Shown here piece by piece: positions 57,736-64,000 of a DNA stretch of 64,000 nt. The DNA comes from Candidatus Zixiibacteriota bacterium (GTDB lineage Bacteria > Zixibacteria > MSB-5A5 > WJJR01 > JAJRUJ01), in assembly GCA_024277855.1 (NCBI GenBank), contig JAJRUJ010000082.1:3537-67536 (forward strand). The letters are read 5' to 3'. The first letter of the stretch is position 1. Every line of letters starts with the position of its first letter. The translations under genes were made by a program, and so were the position numbers. The notes below the pieces were generated by a model. The model was given only the letters and a program-made list of their open reading frames with translations, did no database searches and was not told the DNA's origin.

Positions 57736-57942
57736 CCGGACGCCGGTGTGCAATTTCCCTGCAAACCCGCTACATCACACCCACCTGCTCTCCGTCGATG
57801 GTAACTTGCGAGGCGGCAATCCGCCGCATTACAGGATATTGCCGATCTACCCTTCGCAAGTCGGTGCCAATCGGAGGTTAAGCCCGGTCCTTCGGCTTCC
57901 GATATCTGCAATAGATGGCCACATTTGCGCAAAGGGGTGGCA

Positions 57943-59367
57943 GTGAAAAACAGCGTAAAATTGCTGATAATCGATGATGATCCGAAGGTATCCTGGATTC
58001 TTTCCGAGGGAATGGCCGAGGAGTTTAATATTTTCACCGCACGCGACGGCGTGGAAGGTATCCAGGTGGCCTCCAAAGAGCGACCTGAATTAATTTTGCT
58101 GGATATTCAGATGCCGGGAATGAGCGGTTTGGAGGTCTTGCAGAAGATCAAAGCCGCCGACGGTTTCTCCGACGTGGTAATGCTTTCGGGCCATGGCGAG
58201 ACGAAGAACGTTGTCGAATCGATTCGGCTGGGCGCGGCTGAGTTTATCACCAAGCCGTTCGATGTTAAAGAAGTCGAGATTCATCTGCGCAACATCCTGC
58301 GCAAGCGCGAACTCGAAGAAAAAGTTGAAGAACTCCAAAGCCAGCTCAATAGTTCGTCCTCCCCGCTGGATCGGATGATCGGTGACACGCCGCCGATGGT
58401 CAAAATTAAAAACCTGATCGAGGAAATCGGGGACAGCGAACTAACGGTGTTGATCCGGGGCGAAAGCGGCACCGGCAAGGAGATCGTGGCGCGGCTGATC
58501 CATGATGTTTCCTCACGTCGAGACGAGGCGTTCACCAAGGTTAATTGCGCAGCAATCCCGCGCGATTTGCTGGAAGCCGAATTATTCGGCTATGAGAAAG
58601 GGGCATTCACCGGTGCGCACCGCACAAAACCGGGACGGTTTGAAGTCGCCAGCAAAGGCACAATTTTCCTCGACGAAATTGGTGAAATGCCGATAGACTT
58701 GCAATCGAAATTGTTGCAGGTGCTTGAGCAACAGGAATTTGTCCGGGTCGGCGGGGTGAACAATATTAAAGTCGATATCCGCATTGTCTGCGCCACAAAT
58801 CGCAATCTTGAAGAGGCAATCGCCAATCGGGAAATGCGTGATGATTTGTACTACCGACTAAATGAGATTACACTCAATATGCCGCCGTTACGCGAACGCG
58901 CCGATGATATCCCCTTGTTGTGCGAACTGTTCATCAAAAAATACAACACGCAATATCACCGGAGCTTCGGCGGACTTTCACCGGAAGTCATGAACAACCT
59001 GCTCGTTTTCCCCTGGCCGGGCAATGTACGCCAACTGGAAAACCTGATCAAACAGGTAGTAGTTCGCGATGACGAGGGAATCATCGACGATATCCTTCGT
59101 CGCCATACGCCGGTGGCCATCCCGACCGGATCGGCTGAGGCAACGACAACAATAAATCCCGCAACACCCACTGGATCAGACAATCATCGCTATTCGTTGA
59201 AAAAACGAGTCGGTGCGGCGGTGGCCAAAGAGGAAATGTCGCTGATCAGTGAAGTCCTGCGAAAAACCAACTGGAACCGGCGTAAAGCGGCCGCAGTACT
59301 GGAAATCTCATATCGCTCGTTGCTCTACAAAATTAAAGAGTACGGCCTCTCGGCCAGCGAACTCTAA
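57943..59367 (+). CDS. Sigma54-dependent response regulator (NtrC family)
   Basis: REC with LLDIQMP, GESGTGKE, ELFGYEKGAFTGA, FLDEIGE, WPGNVRQL, and Fis HTH (WNRRKAAAVLEISYRSL). Confidence 0.97.
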   Translation: MKNSVKLLIIDDDPKVSWILSEGMAEEFNIFTARDGVEGIQVASKERPELILLDIQMPGMSGLEVLQKIKAADGFSDVVMLSGHGETKNVVESIRLGAAEFITKPFDVKEVEIHLRNILRKRELEEKVEELQSQLNSSSSPLDRMIGDTPPMVKIKNLIEEIGDSELTVLIRGESGTGKEIVARLIHDVSSRRDEAFTKVNCAAIPRDLLEAELFGYEKGAFTGAHRTKPGRFEVASKGTIFLDEIGEMPIDLQSKLLQVLEQQEFVRVGGVNNIKVDIRIVCATNRNLEEAIANREMRDDLYYRLNEITLNMPPLRERADDIPLLCELFIKKYNTQYHRSFGGLSPEVMNNLLVFPWPGNVRQLENLIKQVVVRDDEGIIDDILRRHTPVAIPTGSAEATTTINPATPTGSDNHRYSLKKRVGAAVAKEEMSLISEVLRKTNWNRRKAAAVLEISYRSLLYKIKEYGLSASEL

Positions 59368-59615
59368 CTTCCTCCCCCGGCGGGTTTCCCCGCCAAAAAC
59401 CGGCGATTGCCGTCGGTGGCAGTCTCTTGCGCTCAAGGTGTAAGCCCTTGCGCAGATCGGCTTACCTCCCGCGAAATTTCCTCGAATTCTTCGCTTGTAT
59501 CACTCCGGTATGCCGGAGTTAGTCGACGGGCGACGACGACAGCAACACGGTAAGGCAATATATTTTAAGGAGATACGTTGGCTGCCAAGATTCTGATCTC
59601 TCCTGCGTGAATCGG

Positions 59616-59631
59616 CGGCATAGATGTTGCT
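59616..59631 (+). promoter_or_regulatory. Candidate sigma54 -24/-12 promoter
   Basis: CGGCATAGATGTTGCT, with correct GG-N10-GC spacing, upstream of the degenerate GGDEF gene. Confidence 0.55.
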
Positions 59632-59694
59632 GATTCTGCGGTATTACGTTCGTGGTGGCCAAAATTGTGGCGGACGACGGCGGATACCCTGGCG

Positions 59695-60237
59695 ATGATA
59701 TATTCCGACAAAGAAAAATTTGCCGGCGGACGGTATTGGTCACGCACCCTGGCGGCCGACCTCCCCGACCAGTTGGAAAACCTGACTCGCAGTCACCGAA
59801 CCTTCTCGGCCCGCGCCGCCCAGGAACTCCGTCGGGCCGAACGATACCGTCAATTCCTGTCGCTTATTATTGTCGGTGATACCCGCGATGACGGGCAAAC
59901 CCCTGCCCCGGATGACGGAAAATCATTTGCGGCATTGACCGATTTTGCCGCGACGGTGCGCGTGAATACCCGGGTATCGGATGTTGTTTCCGGTGTGGAG
60001 CGCGGCCGGTTTGCCGTGTTGCTGGTAGAAACCGGCGCCGACGGCGCCGGAACCTTTGCCCGCCGCCTGAGAGAAATGATCGAATTGTGTCGCCCCGGGC
60101 CGACTGACAAATCGGAGAGCATTCCGTTGGAGATTGCAATCACGACTTTTCCCGGCCATAATCCCGGCGCGCTCTCATTTGCCGAAAAACTAAACCGGTT
60201 TTACCAACAATCGAATACTCGTCCACATCTTGGATAA
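59695..60237 (+). CDS. Stand-alone degenerate GGDEF-like domain protein
   Basis: ELRRAERY..FLSLII, R.SDVV..VERGRFAVLLVET...GA...A.RL; the GGDEF motif is replaced by ERGRF. Confidence 0.7.
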   Translation: MIYSDKEKFAGGRYWSRTLAADLPDQLENLTRSHRTFSARAAQELRRAERYRQFLSLIIVGDTRDDGQTPAPDDGKSFAALTDFAATVRVNTRVSDVVSGVERGRFAVLLVETGADGAGTFARRLREMIELCRPGPTDKSESIPLEIAITTFPGHNPGALSFAEKLNRFYQQSNTRPHLG

Positions 60238-60537
60238 TCTCCGAATTTTTACCGACATTCCGAACCGGGAGTCATCAATCCTGCAACTCTATGACTGTCA
60301 AGGGCGGCTTATTACGCCATTTTGGGTAATTACCGGCGCGGAAAAGTGTTACCAACGGATCGGATATTTTGTTTAACGACAATCTGTTCTGTTGTGTGCA
60401 TACTCCCGGTGACTGGTTTTTGCCTTGACTGCCTGTTCGTGCGGGGCCTATTTAGAGGCCGAATGGTGAAGTCGGCTCCGGTCGATAGGGTATCCCGCCG
60501 TGGCACGGGCGGCTCGAGTTATTACGGGAGACAAACG

Positions 60538-61623
60538 GTGAAAGCAGCCAATTACACAACCAGACTGACCAACTTGCGCAAACGACTTGTGGCCGAAAAC
60601 CTCGACGCGATCTTAGTCAGCCATCTGCCCCATGTTCGTTACCTCTGCGGGTATTCCGGTTCAAATGGCCTGATGTTTGTCACGGCGAAGAAAGCGTATT
60701 TTTTCACCGATTTTCGCTATACCGAGCAAGCGAAAAAAGAAGTGCGCCGCGCAAAAGTCATCGTTGACCAGCGGGACCTGCTGAAAAACCTGCCCAAACA
60801 CACCGAGGCCGGTCAGCCACGGCTCAAGATTGGTTTTCAGGCCAATTATGTGACCCACGCGACTTTCGGCAAACTGCGCCATACACTGTCCAGGGCGCTG
60901 TTTGCCGATGCCACCGGTGTGGTCGAGGCGCTGGCGATGGTTAAGGATGCCGACGAAATTGCGGCAATCCAGAAGGCCGCCGAAATCGCCGATCAGGGGT
61001 TTTATGAAGTGCTCGAATATATCAAGCCCGGGGTGCGGGAGATGGAAGTTGCCGCCGAGCTTGAATATACGATGAAGATGGCCGGGTCGGAAAACCCGGC
61101 ATTCGAGACAATTGTCGCCTCTGGTCATCGGGCGGCCCTGCCCCACGGCATCGCGTCGACCAAAAAAATCGACAAAGGTGATTTTGTCACGCTTGATTTT
61201 GGGGCGACGTATAAAGGATATGTTTCGGATATGACCCGAACAGTGGTGGTCGGCAAGCCGACCAGCCGTCAACTGAAAGTGTATAATCTGGTGCGGCGGG
61301 CACAGAAAGCCGCGTTGAATAAAATCAGAGCCGGGATAACCGGGGTCGCCGCCGACGCCGCCGCGCGAAAAGTGATCGAGCGCGCCGGCCATAAAAAGGC
61401 CTTTGGTCACGGGCTGGGCCATGGGATCGGGATGTTTGTGCATGAAGGGCCGGGTTTAGGCCCTCAATCGACCGATACGCTGGCCCGGAATATGGTGGTC
61501 ACCGTCGAACCCGGCGTTTATTTCAAGGGTTGGGGCGGGGTGCGCATCGAAGACGATGTTGTCGTGATGCCCCGGGGAGTCAAAATACTGACCCAGGCCG
61601 AACGCGCGTTGATCCGCGTGTGA
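60538..61623 (+). CDS. pepQ: Xaa-Pro aminopeptidase (M24B)
   Basis: FFTDFRY, LDFGA...YVSDMTRT, HGLGHGIG..VHE.P, EPGVY, and GGVRIEDD motifs. Confidence 0.9.
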   Translation: MKAANYTTRLTNLRKRLVAENLDAILVSHLPHVRYLCGYSGSNGLMFVTAKKAYFFTDFRYTEQAKKEVRRAKVIVDQRDLLKNLPKHTEAGQPRLKIGFQANYVTHATFGKLRHTLSRALFADATGVVEALAMVKDADEIAAIQKAAEIADQGFYEVLEYIKPGVREMEVAAELEYTMKMAGSENPAFETIVASGHRAALPHGIASTKKIDKGDFVTLDFGATYKGYVSDMTRTVVVGKPTSRQLKVYNLVRRAQKAALNKIRAGITGVAADAAARKVIERAGHKKAFGHGLGHGIGMFVHEGPGLGPQSTDTLARNMVVTVEPGVYFKGWGGVRIEDDVVVMPRGVKILTQAERALIRV

Positions 61624-61684
61624 AGATGCCGTTCACTTTTTACAGGATGAAAAATCCGTTGCCCTACTGTGAGGGGGTTTCGAT

Positions 61685-62158
61685 ATGCGGGAATCGACAA
61701 TTCGCCGGTTGATCAAAATCGTGGAAGAAAGCGATGTCGAATCGCTGGAAATTTCGCGGTTCTTCCAGAAAATCCGAATCACCAAAAAAATCAATTCGAA
61801 CGGCCATGGTCCAACGACCAGTGTGCTGATCGATACTCCGGCACAGCCAACAACAACACCTCCCCCGGCAACGATTCCAACGCCTGAACCAACGACGGAA
61901 ACGGAAAAACCGTCAAATATGATTGAGATTGCCTCGCCGATGGTCGGCACCTTCTACAGCGCTCCTTCTCCCGATTCCGACCCGTTTGTCCAGTCCGGCA
62001 CCCGGGTATCAACCGGCGATACGGTGTGCATTATCGAGGCGATGAAACTGATGAACGAGATTGAGGCCGAGGTAACCGGCGTGATCAAACAAATACTGGT
62101 GGAAAACGGCGAACCGGTGGAATACGGCCAGCCGCTGTTTTATATCGAGCCGAATTAA
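61685..62158 (+). CDS. accB: Acetyl-CoA carboxylase biotin carboxyl carrier protein
   Basis: [12 protein letters not shown], the biotin motif EAMKLMNEI, and VEYGQPLF. Confidence 0.97.
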   Translation: MRESTIRRLIKIVEESDVESLEISRFFQKIRITKKINSNGHGPTTSVLIDTPAQPTTTPPPATIPTPEPTTETEKPSNMIEIASPMVGTFYSAPSPDSDPFVQSGTRVSTGDTVCIIEAMKLMNEIEAEVTGVIKQILVENGEPVEYGQPLFYIEPN

Positions 62159-62192
62159 TTCCGTACGGACCACTATTATTCCAAGACTACCC

Positions 62193-62220
62193 GCCCCCGT
62201 ATTCCGGGGGCTTTTGTTTT
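62193..62220 (+). terminator. Intrinsic terminator after accB
   Basis: GCCCCCG-TATTC-CGGGGGC followed by TTTTGTTTT. Confidence 0.75.
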
Positions 62221-62432
62221 GCAGTACCGAACCTCACAAGGCATGACCACAGACTGGTTTTCCTGTCGGGTGGAAATCGAACTCTCCGGAGATCATGACT
62301 TTTCCTCTGCAATTCATACAGGTATTGTCCGGTCAATCCTTCACAGATTTCGCCGATAATAGAAAAGTAAGTCGAACCGGCCCCTGCTGGGAACCGCGGC
62401 GAAATCGTTAGTCTGCGACCGGGAGTATATCA

Positions 62433-63548
62433 ATGAATCTGAAGCAATTACTATCAGAAATGGCTGACCGCAAGGCCTCGGATTTGCATCTGCGCGCGGG
62501 TATTCCCCCGACCTTACGGGTCGACGGTGAGTTGATCGCTATCGAGACTGACAGCTTGACCCCCGAACAACTCGACGAATTCGTCAAGCAAATCCTCTCC
62601 GAGGAACAATTGAAACGCTACTATGCCCAGCATGAAATGGACTTGGCGCTTTCGGTATCCAAAATGGGTCGATTCCGGGTCAATTTGTATCGCCAGCGGG
62701 GAACCCCGGGGATGGCGATCCGTGCGGTTAATACCATTGTTCCGTAATTTGAAGAACTGAACCTGCCCGAAGTAATCAAGGATCTGTGTGAAGAACGGCG
62801 CGGCCTGATCGTGCTCACCGGCACGACCGGCTCAGGAAAATCGACGACTCTCGCTTCGATGATCGAGCGAATCAACGACACCCGCGCCTGCAACATCCTG
62901 ACGATTGAAGACCCGATCGAATATATCTATAAGAACAACAAGTCGATCATCTGCCAGCGCGAAGTCGGCGGCGATTCGGCGTCATTTGCCGCGGCGTTGC
63001 GGCATGCTTTCCGGCAGGACCCCGATGTGATTTTGATCGGTGAAATTCGCGACCTGGAGACAATGTCGATCGCCCTGAGCGCCGCCGATACCGGCCACCT
63101 GGTGTTAACGACGCTCCATACGCTTAATGCCGTCGAAACGATCACCCGTATCGTCTCGTTCTTCCCACCGCATCAGCATCAACAAGTGCGCCTGCTCTTG
63201 TCCGGCACGCTTAAAGCAATTGTTTCGCAACGGCTCTTTGCGCGTTGCGACAGCCCGGGCCGTGCCCCGGCGGTGGAAGTGCTGATTGGCACCGCGGCGA
63301 TCCGCGACGCATTACTGGATCAGGACAAAACCAGCACGATTCACGATTTGATCGAAAACGGGCAGGTCCAATACGGCATGCAGACGTTCGACCAGTCGAT
63401 CATGAAGTTGTATCGCCAGAACATGATTACCTATGAAGAGGCGATGCATCAGGCCTCGAATCCCGACGACTTCGATCTGCGGGTCCGTGGGATTACCGGC
63501 GCTTCCGATCGGGGCTGGTCGGATGTGTCGGTCCAGACAAACGGCTGA
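62433..63548 (+). pseudogene. pilT: Type IV pilus retraction ATPase (PilT/PilU family) interrupted by an in-frame TAA
   Basis: The two ORF-track pieces are in the same frame: ...AVNTIVP-TAA(62745-62747)-FEELNLPEVIK...GTTGSGKST, then EDPIE, LRHAFRQDPD, GEIRD, TTLH, SQRL, GMQTFDQ. Confidence 0.85.
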
Positions 63549-63574
63549 GACACCTCAGAGAAGAAACAAACACG

Positions 63575-63606
63575 AACCGGCCGGGATTCCTCCCGGCCGG
63601 TTTTTT
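63575..63606 (+). terminator. Intrinsic terminator after the pilT-like gene
   Basis: AACCGGCCGGGA-TTCC-TCCCGGCCGGTT followed by TTTT. Confidence 0.85.
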
Positions 63607-63630
63607 CGTGACCTATCGAGAAAGCGCCGC

Positions 63631-64000
63631 TCAAATGCTCTCGTTTTTCTCTTCAAAGGCCGGTTCATAGCGCGGGTCGCCGACCGCCCGATTAATGATG
63701 ATTTGATCAACAATATCATCGAGATACGTGAACTTGTCGGCCTTAAGTTTTAGTTCATCGGCCATCGCGTGCCGGAAGAATGACACCTGAACCCGCAGAC
63801 CCTGAGACTGGACCTGCTCGATCGCCTCGCAGAAATCCTGATCGCCGGAAACAACAATCGCCCAGTCGAATGATCGCCGCATCCCATTGGCCACCAAGTC
63901 GGTCGCCAGGGCGACATCGACGCCTTTTTCACGCACATCGCGGCGGCCGTTTTCAGACATCGATTCCCGCAATGGTTTGATTTTCGTCTTGAAACCCAGG
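63631..64000 (-). CDS. NYN (LabA/DUF88) domain protein (partial; 5' end beyond window)
   Basis: EKGVDVALATDL, AIVVSGDQDF, ...G.RV, and L...AD.F motifs; the frame stays open to the window end. Confidence 0.9.
   Translation of the reverse strand, partial: LGFKTKIKPLRESMSENGRRDVREKGVDVALATDLVANGMRRSFDWAIVVSGDQDFCEAIEQVQSQGLRVQVSFFRHAMADELKLKADKFTYLDDIVDQIIINRAVGDPRYEPAFEEKNESI

Noticed and set aside
59417-59430. TGGCAGTCTCTTGC as a sigma54 promoter
   Set aside because: GG-to-GC spacing is 9 nt rather than the strictly required 10; the site at 59616-59631 fits better.
62745-62747. Selenocysteine or pyrrolysine recoding of the pilT stop
   Set aside because: The codon is TAA, not TGA or TAG, and the position is not a catalytic Cys or Lys.

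Overview
Chromosomal window from an anaerobic, diderm bacterium. Gene content and protein style suggest an FCB-related lineage such as Zixibacteria; this is an inference, not a database result. Bases 1-14.8 kb are one minus-strand dissimilatory sulfur block: qmoAB, then dsrA-B-D-N-L-C-T-M-K-J-O (dsrO cut by the window edge). It is reductive-type DsrAB with both DsrD and a YRR-type DsrL. No qmoC, hdrBC, aprAB or sat lies in the window. Next come a CIRCE-controlled groESL, Fe-SOD and a CDP-alcohol phosphotransferase/nucleotidyltransferase pair. An AT-richer secreted-protein cassette follows (lipoprotein, CxxC redoxin, 8-Cys secreted peptide, large protein with a T9SS-like C-terminus). A MerR-HTH/Cys-rich regulator precedes a second dsrMK-like pair. 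A long cobB-radical SAM-TPR/TonB-pyrKDF-nnr run follows, then two Cys-rich exported proteins, tRNA-Ser(GCT), comB-like, gcvT and aconitase. A MerR lacking two of three metal-binding Cys precedes ccmABC(D)E with the CxxxY CcmE variant. The window ends with a GAF/hybrid kinase/sigma54-activator/degenerate GGDEF module, pepQ-accB, a pilT-like gene broken by an in-frame TAA, and a partial NYN gene. No CRISPR array, integrase or transposase was seen; one REP doublet is present. The strongest leads are the TPR lipoprotein with a roughly 500-aa D(S/T)x-repeat stalk and TonB-like C-terminus, a possible DsrA acidic-tail/DsrL poly-Lys docking pair, the disulfide-rich peptide plus redoxin cassette, and the Cys-rich MerR plus RBS switch ahead of the second DsrMK.
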